Shown here: positions 1-9,527 of the stretch, piece by piece
Layout of the letters: each line of letters opens with the position of its first letter
Numbering within the stretch: position 1 is the first letter of the stretch
IMG/VR virus record: IMGVR_UViG_3300046507_000773
Span: 62,001-126,000 of that record
Length of the DNA: 64,000 nt
Direction: 5' to 3' (one strand)
Program-made: the position numbers and the translations under genes
The notes under the pieces: model-generated
The model's database searches: none
Told to the model about the DNA's origin: nothing
Seen by the model: only the letters and a program-made list of their open reading frames with translations

Positions 1-874
1 TCATCGGGTTCTTGTGCGACTCCATGGCAGCACGATGGCCACCACTACCCAAAGCCTGCTGGATCTTCTGTTCACGCAAGCGCTGGTTCAAGCGCGGCAC
101 GTTCAGGATAGCAGGGTTGTCGCAGACGGTGATGAACGTCTCTTGTGCTTTACCTTCGAACGCCAGGGAGAGCGTGACGTTCTGATCGATGTTCTGGTGC
201 TTGGTATAGCCACCAAAACTCTCGAGCGAAATACTCGACATCGAAGTCGGTGTCGGCGCTTCTTTAACAACCGGGCCCAGGATCGACAGCGGACGGATGT
301 TGCCTTTGTCGTCGAAATGATCCTTGATCATCTCCATCGAAATCTGGCGACCACCATTGATTACGTCGTCCAGAGTGTTCTCCGGAATAACAGCAATGGG
401 ATAAGCGCCTTCGTCGAAAATTGCTTTACCGAGGATATCGGCGAGCTTCGGCGTTATTTTATAGTCCTTTTCCAGATGGGCTTTAATCGCAGCCATCATT
501 TCGGAGGAAACCTCCGGCGGTAAGAGCCCTTCTGCCGATGTGTAATTCAGCTCGACAGTAACCATGTCTTTCGGTGCCAGGACGGAGCTCACCAGGATTT
601 GCTTGGTGCGTTTCAGGTCCGGCAATACCTGAAGGACGGTTTTAGCATCGATGATGTCTTGTGCTTTCCGCTGGCCAATTTGTTTCAACTGGCTGACATC
701 TGGGGTGTGCGGCGAAAGGTTCCCTTTGTCGTCGTACGTTGCAGAATTATTGCCACGGATTGTCTTACTCAGGATGGCCGCCATTTCCGGGTTTTGTCGC
801 GTGAGCTTCATCACCGGGAAATGTTCACCCTGGTTGGCACTCTGTAAGGCCTGTTTGAAAGTTTCACCAGCCAT
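1..874 (-). CDS. Probable portal protein (phiKZ gp129-like), N-terminal part; runs off the left edge
   Basis: Absent from the ORF track because there is no stop in the window. Hand translation from ATG at 874 gives MAGETFKQALQSANQGEHFPVMKLTRQNPEMAAILSK...QILVSSVLAPKDM...GAYPIAVIPENTLDDVINGGRQISME. This resembles phiKZ-like portal N-termini, includes an S-x-E processing site, and is divergent from virion genes. Confidence 0.65.
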   Translation of the reverse strand, partial: MAGETFKQALQSANQGEHFPVMKLTRQNPEMAAILSKTIRGNNSATYDDKGNLSPHTPDVSQLKQIGQRKAQDIIDAKTVLQVLPDLKRTKQILVSSVLAPKDMVTVELNYTSAEGLLPPEVSSEMMAAIKAHLEKDYKITPKLADILGKAIFDEGAYPIAVIPENTLDDVINGGRQISMEMIKDHFDDKGNIRPLSILGPVVKEAPTPTSMSSISLESFGGYTKHQNIDQNVTLSLAFEGKAQETFITVCDNPAILNVPRLNQRLREQKIQQALGSGGHRAAMESHKNPM

Positions 875-906
875 TATTACAACCTCTTTAGTTTTTAGGG
901 ATAGTC

Positions 907-3339
907 GTGACTACCAACAACAGCTATCAAGACTACATGGATTCGGTGCTACAGTTGGCAGAGACGATTGTTATCAAATCGTCCGCTGCTGCTGAAGCGC
1001 TTAATCAGAAATTGGTAGAAGATTACGGGGCAAGTGTTGTTGACTCCCGCTACCCCTCTACCTGGAAGTATTACCTGAATCTTGCAGGTGAGTACCACCC
1101 CACCGATACCGTAATGACGGTCGTGTCAATGGATACATTGGAAAAAATAACTTTTTCCAAGACGAACCTCAAATTGCACCGAGCGACGGCTCGCGGCTAT
1201 GCGTTCGGTACCCGTCAATACAATTTGTTGGTATCCCAATACCCGGAACAATCTCTGCTCATCAAGGGCATCTTGAACCCGGTGGATATCGACGATGCCA
1301 TCGCAGCCGATGATGGCAAGATCCTTGGATACCCAGTAGGACTCGTAGAAGAAAACGAGTACTCCTTAATTGCCAAACTCCAGACGTGGGTAAATGGTTT
1401 TCGTGCCCGTTACGTGAACGAGCAGTTTAGTATCTCTGATTCCCTCTACACTTCATCGTGGATGGGCATCATGTACATGAACTTACCTGGCGCAATTGCA
1501 GGCTTGCGAAAGGAAGCTTGTCACACGAACGAAGCGCACAGCTACCACGTTAAACAGTACCTGGCAAGTCACGGACACCTGGACCAGTACATGGACCAGC
1601 TGACCACGAAGCAAGCTTTGTGGCTCTACCGTAACATCAGATACCTGCGCAACAACACGGGTAAGCAAGAGAACTTCGAGTGGCTCATAGAGCATATCAT
1701 GACCGAGCGTAACCTGCCCTTGGCAGAGTACAACATGCATCACGATGTCTCGGTAATGGCGGGTCACAGCGATTCGTCCATGATGCGCATGATGGCACTT
1801 GAGGCGCCGGTGGAAACTGGCTCACTCTATCCGGACATCAAATTTAAGAAGGTGCCGCTTAACCTCGGCTACAACTTGACTGACGATGATCCGGTGACGC
1901 TTGGCACCGTACTGGCGAAAGAAGATCGTTTTGCCAGGATGAACGCGAAGATCCGTTCAGTTGCACAGCCCCAGATTCAAGAGGCCATGGAGAACTCGCT
2001 CTCCAACTCGATCAAGACGAAGTTCCTCGAGTCCTCGATGGTTGACCGGAGTAACAACTCCCCGTACACGTTGGCCGACATCTTGCTCAGTCACTGGTTG
2101 TACTTGTCAGTCGAAGGAAACTATCGCGCTTTCATTGGCGTGACAAGCCCTAAAACTGGTGAGCGCATTCCACTGACGGTCAAGGATGCGTACATCTTGG
2201 TGTGGTACGCGTTCTGCCAGTCCAACGGTATCAAGATCGATACGATTCCAAAGGTTATTGCTGAGCGTGTCCAACGTCTGGATTCGCCAAGCGTCGATGA
2301 CCTGATGTCGATGGTCAGCAAGAAATACGTCTCCCGCGATATGGCCGAAGCGATTCTCGCACCGCAGCCAGTCATCGGGGACATCATCTCCACCGAAGCG
2401 TTCTATAACACCTGTCTTGAGATCTTTGACGCAGCCCAAGAGCAGCGCCGTTTGATCGCCTCGCAAGAGCATGCCAAACGTCGAGGCATGGTGTTTAACA
2501 TGGTGTCGCGGGTTTATTCCGATGCCCTCTGTACGCTCGTTGAAGATGGTGACGACGACTCGTATAAGTCCTGGTTTGCAGCCCGTAACATTGACATCGA
2601 TTCCTACTCGCAGACCGAGCTTGGTTTGCTGTATGTGAACCTCGTGCAAGAAGCAACGGGCATGAATCTGGTGACGACCAAGTCGCTCAAGGACTTGCAG
2701 TCTGCGATGGTGAGGATGCTCTCGCAGCTCTCCAGTTACAGTATTCAGATCAACGCCGACATCAACAGCTCGGATTTGCGTCTGTCTGACTGGGGCATGA
2801 TTCGTATCGGTGACGTGAAGTCGGACATGAACGACGAAGCGGCTGTCGAGATCGTGGCAACGGTTCTGAAGGCTTCGTCGCAGCTTAATGACGCAGGCGC
2901 CTTTGACGTCACGCGAGTAACACTTGGCAATGATCCAGTCGTCCAAATGAACGACCAGGTCAAGTACGACATCACAGCCAAGGTATTTGCGGGACGGGCT
3001 GATTCGGATCACGAGGGCAAGCTTAACGCTGCTCCAATTCGGATTCGTCCTATTCCGGCGCCTAAGAAGAACGCACTGGGCATCACGCCGGTGCTTGGTA
3101 TTGACCAGTACATCTTGCTGCCTGAAGAACAGCGAGTGGACTTCAATGACGTCTACGGTAACAAGTACGTGTACACCTACAAGTCCAATGGACCTGTGGT
3201 GACGCTGCCGCCGCTGTCGTCGATTGTCCCGGTCACTATCCTGAACGGCTTGACCTACGTCATTAGTGGCCCGATCCAGCAATCCGAACTGTCCAAGTCG
3301 CTGCGTAATACGTGGCTCGATGGCTTCGATAAAACCTAA
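907..3339 (+). CDS. Virion structural protein, probable baseplate component (phiKZ gp128-like)
   Basis: 810-aa ORF with the conserved-looking WKYYLNLAGEYH motif; lies next to the portal gene as in phiKZ-like phages. Confidence 0.6.
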   Translation: MTTNNSYQDYMDSVLQLAETIVIKSSAAAEALNQKLVEDYGASVVDSRYPSTWKYYLNLAGEYHPTDTVMTVVSMDTLEKITFSKTNLKLHRATARGYAFGTRQYNLLVSQYPEQSLLIKGILNPVDIDDAIAADDGKILGYPVGLVEENEYSLIAKLQTWVNGFRARYVNEQFSISDSLYTSSWMGIMYMNLPGAIAGLRKEACHTNEAHSYHVKQYLASHGHLDQYMDQLTTKQALWLYRNIRYLRNNTGKQENFEWLIEHIMTERNLPLAEYNMHHDVSVMAGHSDSSMMRMMALEAPVETGSLYPDIKFKKVPLNLGYNLTDDDPVTLGTVLAKEDRFARMNAKIRSVAQPQIQEAMENSLSNSIKTKFLESSMVDRSNNSPYTLADILLSHWLYLSVEGNYRAFIGVTSPKTGERIPLTVKDAYILVWYAFCQSNGIKIDTIPKVIAERVQRLDSPSVDDLMSMVSKKYVSRDMAEAILAPQPVIGDIISTEAFYNTCLEIFDAAQEQRRLIASQEHAKRRGMVFNMVSRVYSDALCTLVEDGDDDSYKSWFAARNIDIDSYSQTELGLLYVNLVQEATGMNLVTTKSLKDLQSAMVRMLSQLSSYSIQINADINSSDLRLSDWGMIRIGDVKSDMNDEAAVEIVATVLKASSQLNDAGAFDVTRVTLGNDPVVQMNDQVKYDITAKVFAGRADSDHEGKLNAAPIRIRPIPAPKKNALGITPVLGIDQYILLPEEQRVDFNDVYGNKYVYTYKSNGPVVTLPPLSSIVPVTILNGLTYVISGPIQQSELSKSLRNTWLDGFDKT

Positions 3340-3411
3340 GAAATTGCATGATGGTAACTTTCGAGCTACCATCATGTGACCCCTCTACAATCTGTTGTTA
3401 AAGGAATTACC

Positions 3412-4275
3412 ATGGAGTACATCACCCGGACCATTTATGGTGCCGCGCTGCAATCGGCGACGTTGCTGGGCAAATCCCCGAAGATCAACCCGCTGTCGAC
3501 GCTGAATACCAAGTTCGGCATCCTGGCCGACACCCTGCCCGGTGTAAATGAAATTCCGATCATGCAATATATGGCAATCGGTATCGGTGGTCACACCTAC
3601 ACCGTGGGCGGCAATGGCGTGCCGAAACCCGAACCGGTCCAGCACCGTTCGCGTGACGCATCCTGCTACAAGCCTCTGCCGTTCGTTCTGCGTGAAGCCG
3701 GTAACGACTTGTCCGACATCGATCGTCGCAAGTACGCCCTGCGCCGTGAAGAGACGCACAATGGTCTGCGTTACTTCGCCTACTACCTGCGCCGTATCGA
3801 TCTGGCAGGTGTTGACGTCGAATCGGAATACGTCACCGTTCAAGACGAGCAAGAAGTCGTCACTCCGTTCACCCCGGATTCGAGCGACCTCAATCCCCAG
3901 CCTCCGACGCTGTCCTCCACGGGTGTCAACACCGTAACTGCTGACTACCTGTCGGCTACGGCTAAGCTGACCCTGTCGCTGGACCCGACGGACGTCTCGG
4001 AACTCGTCAACGTGGCAACCGTCATGTTCAACGATCCGGACCTGGCCATCGTCTCCGAAGTTGCTCTTTGCAGCGGCGTGGACAAGCAAGCAAATTCGCC
4101 TGGTGCGGGTAACAGCCCCATCAGCTTCCTGGAAGCCATTGGCGTGCAGATCGTTTCGCACATCAACGCCTTCTATCCCCTGCGCTTTAGCCCGAACGGC
4201 GTGAACATCCTGCTCGACGCCGGCGCGACTGAACCGCTCTTTACCATTGCTGACGCGAGTGCCGTCGCAGCGTAA
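3412..4275 (+). CDS. Conserved phiKZ-like virion structural protein
   Basis: ATG at 3412 follows AAGGA. Motifs ITRTIYGAALQ, IGIGGH, PLPFVLR and AYYLRRID resemble a jumbo-phage structural family. Confidence 0.6.
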   Translation: MEYITRTIYGAALQSATLLGKSPKINPLSTLNTKFGILADTLPGVNEIPIMQYMAIGIGGHTYTVGGNGVPKPEPVQHRSRDASCYKPLPFVLREAGNDLSDIDRRKYALRREETHNGLRYFAYYLRRIDLAGVDVESEYVTVQDEQEVVTPFTPDSSDLNPQPPTLSSTGVNTVTADYLSATAKLTLSLDPTDVSELVNVATVMFNDPDLAIVSEVALCSGVDKQANSPGAGNSPISFLEAIGVQIVSHINAFYPLRFSPNGVNILLDAGATEPLFTIADASAVAA

Positions 4276-4306
4276 AGGGTAGCGCACCTTCTTAGGAAAC
4301 TACTAG

Positions 4307-4900
4307 ATGTTGATGATGCCCAGTGGCGCATCACGTATTGCTCGTATCATCGGAATCGACCCTGGAACTAACACTTTCGGGGTCGCCGAGTTAAGCTTTG
4401 ACGTGGTGAGTCTTGAAGTAGTAAATGTGACGGCAGCTACGCTTGTGGCTGCTAAGCACACCAAGGACTTTTGGTCCAACGAGATTCATGGCGATCGGTT
4501 TAGCCGACTGTCCTGGCTCGGGGAACAGCTGCTGGAAATCTTCCACGTCTCGGACCCATTCCGCGTGGCTATTGAATCGCCTTTCTTTAGCCGTTTGCAC
4601 CCGAACGCTTTCGAGCCACTGGTAGAGACCAAATGTCTGGCACGCCGTACGCTGGCACGCTTTACCGCCTGGAAGTCGCTTCACGAATACGATCCACCCT
4701 CGGTTAAGAATGCCGTCGGTGGGAAGGGGAACGCTGACAAGAACAAAATGAAAGAACTTGTCTGCGGTCTTAACTTACCATACTCGGGCAATTGCTCGAT
4801 CAATGAACTGGACGAGCACTCGATTGACGCCATCGCCGTGGCCATCTGCGCTTTCCAGGACATGCTGGAGGAACTATGTTTGAAGCAGCAGCAATTCTGA
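4307..4900 (+). CDS. ruvC: Holliday junction resolvase, RuvC-like
   Basis: RuvC catalytic motifs IIGIDPGT, VAIESPF, VKNAVGGKGNADK and DEHSIDAIAVA. Confidence 0.88.
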   Translation: MLMMPSGASRIARIIGIDPGTNTFGVAELSFDVVSLEVVNVTAATLVAAKHTKDFWSNEIHGDRFSRLSWLGEQLLEIFHVSDPFRVAIESPFFSRLHPNAFEPLVETKCLARRTLARFTAWKSLHEYDPPSVKNAVGGKGNADKNKMKELVCGLNLPYSGNCSINELDEHSIDAIAVAICAFQDMLEELCLKQQQF

Positions 4901-5337
4901 AATCCAAGCTTTTCCAGCTTGGTGTCTTGGCGGCCTTGGTCGTCGGGACGATTTTCTTCTTTACCCACCAGGAAAAGAAGATCGACACTCTGAACCAAGA
5001 CCTGGGCGCAGCTCACGTCGTCAACGCGGTTCAGACCGATACCATCGACAAGCAGGACAAGTCCAGTAAAGTCGACGACAAGGTTGTTGCGCACGCAGCC
5101 GAGAAGCAGCAGGTCGCTGTGGAAACCACTCGTGCGCGCAAAGTCGAAACGGCAAAGAAGATCGCCGTCATCGAACAAAAGTACGAAGCCCTTCCCCAGA
5201 CGGAAGACAACACCAAAGCCGAGGTGCGCGAAAAGAGCATTACTCGGTTGGAGTCTCTCCATCAGGCCTACTGCATGACGTCACCGAATATTCAAGGATG
5301 CCCGGTGGTGGAAGATGTCACGATCACGAAGGAGTAA
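4876..5337 (+). CDS. Candidate inner-membrane spanin (Rz-like)
   Basis: Single N-terminal TM segment, long helical/coiled-coil region and C-terminal Cys pair; directly upstream of a lipoprotein gene. Confidence 0.6.
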   Translation: MFEAAAILKSKLFQLGVLAALVVGTIFFFTHQEKKIDTLNQDLGAAHVVNAVQTDTIDKQDKSSKVDDKVVAHAAEKQQVAVETTRARKVETAKKIAVIEQKYEALPQTEDNTKAEVREKSITRLESLHQAYCMTSPNIQGCPVVEDVTITKE

Positions 5338-5344
5338 GATCAAA

Positions 5345-5731
5345 ATGCGTCTCTATTACACTGAACCGCCAGTGTCACCCATGGCAGCTAAAGTCATGGC
5401 CGCTATTCCGTCCATTCTCCTGGCTATCCTGATGATTCTCATCGGCGCCAGTGTTTCGGGCTGTGGCACGCAACAACCCATCGTCGTGACCAAGTACGTC
5501 TTGGAAACGCCACCGGATGCTCTGCTGCAAGACTGCCCGGCTGTGCCTCCGCCGGATGAAAGCTTGTACCTGGACAAAGGGTTCGACGGCAAGGAGCAAA
5601 TGTTCACTGATACGTTGTCCGACAACTATCAGGTCATCACCGTGTGCAACATCCACAAGTCGGAGTTGCGGGCATGGAAGAAAGATCAGATCGAGATCTA
5701 CGCTGCGAAGAACAAGCAGGGAGCAAAGTAA
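5345..5731 (+). CDS. Candidate outer-membrane spanin lipoprotein (Rz1-like)
   Basis: Hydrophobic signal with lipobox VSGC. Pro-rich PPDALLQDCPAVPPP and C-terminal CN...LRAW are typical of o-spanins. Confidence 0.7.
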   Translation: MRLYYTEPPVSPMAAKVMAAIPSILLAILMILIGASVSGCGTQQPIVVTKYVLETPPDALLQDCPAVPPPDESLYLDKGFDGKEQMFTDTLSDNYQVITVCNIHKSELRAWKKDQIEIYAAKNKQGAK

Positions 5732-6198
5732 TGGCTCTGCAGTATCGCATTCTGAAGGGTATTGACGACGTCAAGCCCGTCATGTCGCATTCGTCGGCGC
5801 ACACGCCACTGAACAACCTCATCGCTTCTTACATGAAGCTGGCGGTCCACGACGACAACCTTCCCAACATCACGCAGCTGACAACTGGCGCTGACTTCAA
5901 GGCCGCCATTTCGCTTCTGGACGCAGAGATCTTGATTGATCTTCTGAAAGCCTTCGTGGATGAACAGCGTACCGTTCTTCATGGCTGGCATCCAAAAGAA
6001 AGTGCTGAGAAGGTAGCTGACCGTAATCTCAAGCACTGGCTGATCAAGTTTGGCGCATTCGCTTTCTACACGACCTTCGGTGGCCTGATCTTTGCAGTGT
6101 ACCGCTCCGGCGCCATGGACAATGGCGACGTGGTCAAAGCCATCTTCAGTCGTGCAGTTGACGTGGCCAAACTGATTTTCTCAATCTCGACAAAGTAA
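5731..6198 (+). CDS. Membrane protein, holin-like candidate
   Basis: TAATG coupling to the o-spanin gene; C-terminal TM segment followed by an amphipathic helix. Confidence 0.4.
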   Translation: MALQYRILKGIDDVKPVMSHSSAHTPLNNLIASYMKLAVHDDNLPNITQLTTGADFKAAISLLDAEILIDLLKAFVDEQRTVLHGWHPKESAEKVADRNLKHWLIKFGAFAFYTTFGGLIFAVYRSGAMDNGDVVKAIFSRAVDVAKLIFSISTK

Positions 6199-6239
6199 GG
6201 AAGAAGCATGAAACCATACTGGATGACGCGAGGCTTTAA

Positions 6240-6863
6240 ATGAGCCGCCTCGCTTTCCTGCGTGTGGCCCTCGAGGATAACTCGGACGGTCAAGCGCACC
6301 GTGAAATCGAGCACACCTTTTTTGCTCGTCTGGAAAACAAAGACCTCTTGAAAGAAGCCAAGGGGATGGAACACCAGGAGCAGTGGGAGATCCGCATCGA
6401 GAAGACGGACAAGAACGCCGTGACTGGCAAGTTCCGTGTTCGTAAGACGGTGAAGGAAGGCCAAGATCCTGAATACGTCCTGACCTGCAAAACCGCAGGC
6501 AAGGCCGAAGGCTCGATCGAAGTCGGCGTGCCGGTTTCCGAACAGATGTTCACGCAGTTCAAGATGATGGCCGAAGGTGGCATGGTCAAGGACCGCTACT
6601 TCTTCCCCGTGGAAGGTTCGGACCTCGTCTGGGAAGTGGACATGTTCCTGCGCAAGGGTTCGCAGCCGGGTTCCGGCGAGTACGAAGACTGGTGCAAGAT
6701 CGACCTGGAAGTGCCTTCGCTCGACATGGCATTGCCACCGATCCCCCAGGGCTTCTCGGAAGTCATCACGAACCCGTACGGCAAGCGTACCGAAGCGGAA
6801 GACGCCAAGGTGCTGTCCTTGTTCCACAACGAGTTCCTGACCCCGAACCCGTACCTGAAGTAA
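6240..6863 (+). CDS. CYTH-domain (triphosphate tunnel metalloenzyme) protein
   Basis: ExE-type motif REIEHTF, plus RVRK, LTCK, KDRYFF, WEVDMF and IDLE in CYTH order. Confidence 0.7.
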   Translation: MSRLAFLRVALEDNSDGQAHREIEHTFFARLENKDLLKEAKGMEHQEQWEIRIEKTDKNAVTGKFRVRKTVKEGQDPEYVLTCKTAGKAEGSIEVGVPVSEQMFTQFKMMAEGGMVKDRYFFPVEGSDLVWEVDMFLRKGSQPGSGEYEDWCKIDLEVPSLDMALPPIPQGFSEVITNPYGKRTEAEDAKVLSLFHNEFLTPNPYLK

Positions 6864-6866
6864 AAG

Positions 6867-6909
6867 CAGCATAAAACCCCACCCTCACAAGGGGTGGGGC
6901 AATATGCCG
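6867..6909. terminator. Hairpin terminator of the GCATA/TATGC-flanked family
   Basis: CAGCATA-AAA-CCCCACCC TCACAAG GGGTGGGG-CAA-TATGCCG after the CYTH gene. Confidence 0.7.
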
Positions 6910-6925
6910 GAAAAGTCGATTCAAA

Positions 6926-6953
6926 GAAATTACAACAACATATTGTTTCCGTG
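6926..6953 (+). promoter_or_regulatory. Candidate phage early promoter (ACATAT-N7-GTG)
   Basis: AT-rich site upstream of a cluster of small genes; the same core occurs at 41119 and 62311. Confidence 0.55.
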
Positions 6954-7005
6954 AGATTGAATAAGTCTCTTTCATTAACTTCATTATGAACGGAAAATAA
7001 TCAAT

Positions 7006-7188
7006 ATGAATATCCATCAGAATGCCCAAGCTTCTTTGAATCTGGCTCGCCAGTTCTTGCAAGAAGATCGCGAAGCTTCTCGCGGTAACTCCCAGAAAGC
7101 CCATGTGAGTGGTTTTCAAGTTATGACGCCTAATCAGCGTGAACTCACCAATACGCTGCTTAACACCCTTAAAGAACTTCGCAACTAA
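7006..7188 (+). CDS. Small hypothetical early protein
   Basis: 60-aa ORF, first after the putative early promoter. Confidence 0.55.
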   Translation: MNIHQNAQASLNLARQFLQEDREASRGNSQKAHVSGFQVMTPNQRELTNTLLNTLKELRN

Positions 7189-7263
7189 GTAGGACTTAGT
7201 GGCGAGGGCAAGGGTCCTCATCAGTAAGCCTTACTACCAACCATCCTAAGAAGGGATAAAATC

Positions 7264-7581
7264 ATGCGCAAACCTGAATCGAAGTTTTTGAAAATGCAAG
7301 GTCCCGAAGCTGGTCCTGTCATTCCGCCGCTGGAAGGTCTTCGGCCCTTCGCTAGCACTAACCCCACTTACCAGATCTTGCTCAGCGGTCAGCAAGCAGG
7401 TAACATCATCATCGCCAAACAGAAAGAAATCCTTCAACAACTGAAGGATGAGAAAATCTCGCACGATCAGTACGATGAATTGTTCGCCCCCTGGAAAGAG
7501 CGCTTCGAGCGCCTGATGAAAGCGCAGGACGATCTGGACAACGACGCGATTCTCGCGATCATCGAAGAGTGCAAGAAATAA
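7264..7581 (+). CDS. Hypothetical protein
   Basis: RBS AAGGGA and phage-like codon usage. Confidence 0.7.
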   Translation: MRKPESKFLKMQGPEAGPVIPPLEGLRPFASTNPTYQILLSGQQAGNIIIAKQKEILQQLKDEKISHDQYDELFAPWKERFERLMKAQDDLDNDAILAIIEECKK

Positions 7582-7610
7582 TCAACCCTCTTATGAAAAG
7601 AGAAGCTACC

Positions 7611-7922
7611 ATGAATAACGTCAAAGATATCATCAACCTCATCATCAACGCTTCGGTCATGTCGATCGAGGAACAACTTCTCGAGACCTACCGCCACGAG
7701 GCGGACGTCACGTTGGCCGAGATGGACAAGTGCGCTCGCGCTTACTACAAGCGCTATCCGAACCAGGAAGAGTTCGCGCACAACCAACTCAACATCATCG
7801 AGTGCAGCCTGATGGTTGAGCGCCTGATCGAGCGTAAAGAGATCATCGAATTGGACTGCTTCATCCGCGTGATGGAAAAAGAAGCCTACCGCATGCGCCT
7901 GATGACGCCCCGTCGCCGTTAA
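7611..7922 (+). CDS. Hypothetical protein
   Basis: ATG at 7611; co-oriented operon. Confidence 0.7.
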   Translation: MNNVKDIINLIINASVMSIEEQLLETYRHEADVTLAEMDKCARAYYKRYPNQEEFAHNQLNIIECSLMVERLIERKEIIELDCFIRVMEKEAYRMRLMTPRRR

Positions 7923-7937
7923 TTGAAAGGAAGTATC

Positions 7938-8354
7938 ATGCTTGAGAAATTTGCAAAACTGGTTCTGAAACTTATCTGGTTCGTGAGTCTGGGTAAGGAA
8001 GAACAACCAGGCCGTGACCGTGCAGAAGCGCACGTCAGTTACATCCGCCGCTACTCGAAGGTCAACGACCTGATCGAAAAGTCGGCGCGCCTCTACATCA
8101 GCATCGCCGAGAAGGACGGCCCGAGTGTTCACAATGAGGAGTACTCGATCCTCATGCAGCGCTCCATCGCTCACAAGGCAAAGGCTCAGGAAATGCTCCA
8201 GAGTCTTGACCGCATGATGTTCAAGAAGAAGTTCGACGAAGACGACAAGCGTCGCTGCAATGAAATGATGCAGGAATTCGCAGCATCAGTCGTCGGCCTT
8301 GAACTGGTGTTCAATGCGCTGTCTGCCATGGTTCAGCGCGTGAAGGAGGGTTAA
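7938..8354 (+). CDS. Hypothetical protein
   Basis: RBS AAGGA before ATG 7938. Confidence 0.7.
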   Translation: MLEKFAKLVLKLIWFVSLGKEEQPGRDRAEAHVSYIRRYSKVNDLIEKSARLYISIAEKDGPSVHNEEYSILMQRSIAHKAKAQEMLQSLDRMMFKKKFDEDDKRRCNEMMQEFAASVVGLELVFNALSAMVQRVKEG

Positions 8355-8355
8355 G

Positions 8356-8787
8356 ATGTTCGGTGTCTATGTCAACTTCAACGATCCAGAAATCGAGAAC
8401 TGCTGGCTGTTCCACGATGAGATGCCAGCGGGTCGTCACAACTACTATCTCTACGATACGCCGAATCATCCGTACCTGGTCGAGAAGCAGGAGCACGCCG
8501 AAGACATGATTCGTGCGATCGCTACCTTCTTCTCGTTCAGTGGTCCGGACTTCGATGCAGACCTCGTGTATCGTGGTCGCGATGAGCGCGTCTTTACTCC
8601 GAAGGAATTCGATTCGGTGCTCGAACGCCTGAACGAGGAAATTGACGCCATCCTCATCGATGATCCGGAAGCCATTGAAGAAGATGGTTTGGGAAGCGTG
8701 GAAGAACAACGCCAGCAAGCGATCAAGAAGATCGAGTTCACGATCGAGCAGTTCATGCACGTACCGGTGCAGATGTTCACTTTGTAA
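8356..8787 (+). CDS. Hypothetical acidic protein
   Basis: RBS GGAGG; 143-aa ORF. Confidence 0.75.
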   Translation: MFGVYVNFNDPEIENCWLFHDEMPAGRHNYYLYDTPNHPYLVEKQEHAEDMIRAIATFFSFSGPDFDADLVYRGRDERVFTPKEFDSVLERLNEEIDAILIDDPEAIEEDGLGSVEEQRQQAIKKIEFTIEQFMHVPVQMFTL

Positions 8788-8869
8788 GAACGTATCGGGG
8801 AGGGCAGGTGCCCTCTCCAATGCGCGTTTATGCCGCATTTTTCTAACCCACAAAAAGAAAGGCTTTACC

Positions 8870-8998
8870 ATGCAATCCGAATTCCAAATCGCCCAAGCTA
8901 AAATCGATCGTAACAACAAGATCGATTGGCCGCTCGTTGTCATCACCGTTGTTCTGGTTGTTGGCTGCATCTGGAAAGCTGCCCAGTTGATCGGCTAA
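8870..8998 (+). CDS. Small single-pass membrane protein (42 aa)
   Basis: RBS AAAGG; translation MQSEFQIAQAKIDRNNKIDWPLVVITVVLVVGCIWKAAQLIG. Confidence 0.55.
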   Translation: MQSEFQIAQAKIDRNNKIDWPLVVITVVLVVGCIWKAAQLIG

Positions 8999-9094
8999 TT
9001 CATTTAACCATTTTTTAAGGAGGTACCCGCAAGCCAACATTGATTCCTTCGATAGTGTCGACAGTTTGTTTGATTACTCGAATGGAGAAGTTTC

Positions 9095-9520
9095 ATGCCC
9101 CATATACTGAAAAACCCAGAAAAATACATAGGCCATGGTTTGGTCGGCGAAGGTAATTGCGTCGACTTGATCAAAGGCACTATCGACGACCTGAAGGAAA
9201 GGTCGACAGCTACTTGGAAGCCGGGTGAACTCGTGCTCGCTTCCAAGGATTTGAAGAAGGGCACCGCAATCGCTACCTTCTTGTGCGGCCGTTATCCCCA
9301 AGACGGCGTCACCGGCAAACATGCCGCAATTTTTCTGAGGTATTGGGGAAAGCCGAATCCCGATGGAACGTATAATTCCATCCTGGTCCTCGACCAGTGG
9401 AAATCTCGAGGAAATGCCATGACCCGCGAACTTCGAAAGACTGGTCGCACCGGCATGGCCTGCAGCGGAGGCATCTACGATGCTTCCAATACCCTAGATG
9501 CTTTCTACGTCATTGAGTGA
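9095..9520 (+). CDS. T6SS amidase effector-like protein (Tae2/BPSL0067-like NlpC/P60-fold peptidoglycan amidase)
   Basis: VGEGNCVDL (catalytic Cys), TATWKPG, GTAIATF, GRY, GKHAAIFL (catalytic His) and VLDQW match the Tae2/Dae2 motif order; no signal peptide. Confidence 0.8.
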   Translation: MPHILKNPEKYIGHGLVGEGNCVDLIKGTIDDLKERSTATWKPGELVLASKDLKKGTAIATFLCGRYPQDGVTGKHAAIFLRYWGKPNPDGTYNSILVLDQWKSRGNAMTRELRKTGRTGMACSGGIYDASNTLDAFYVIE

Positions 9521-9527
9521 GGTTATC

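Noticed and set aside
14-847. Plus-strand ORFs 14-523 and 599-847
   Set aside because: They are antisense shadows of the minus-strand portal-like gene starting at 874.
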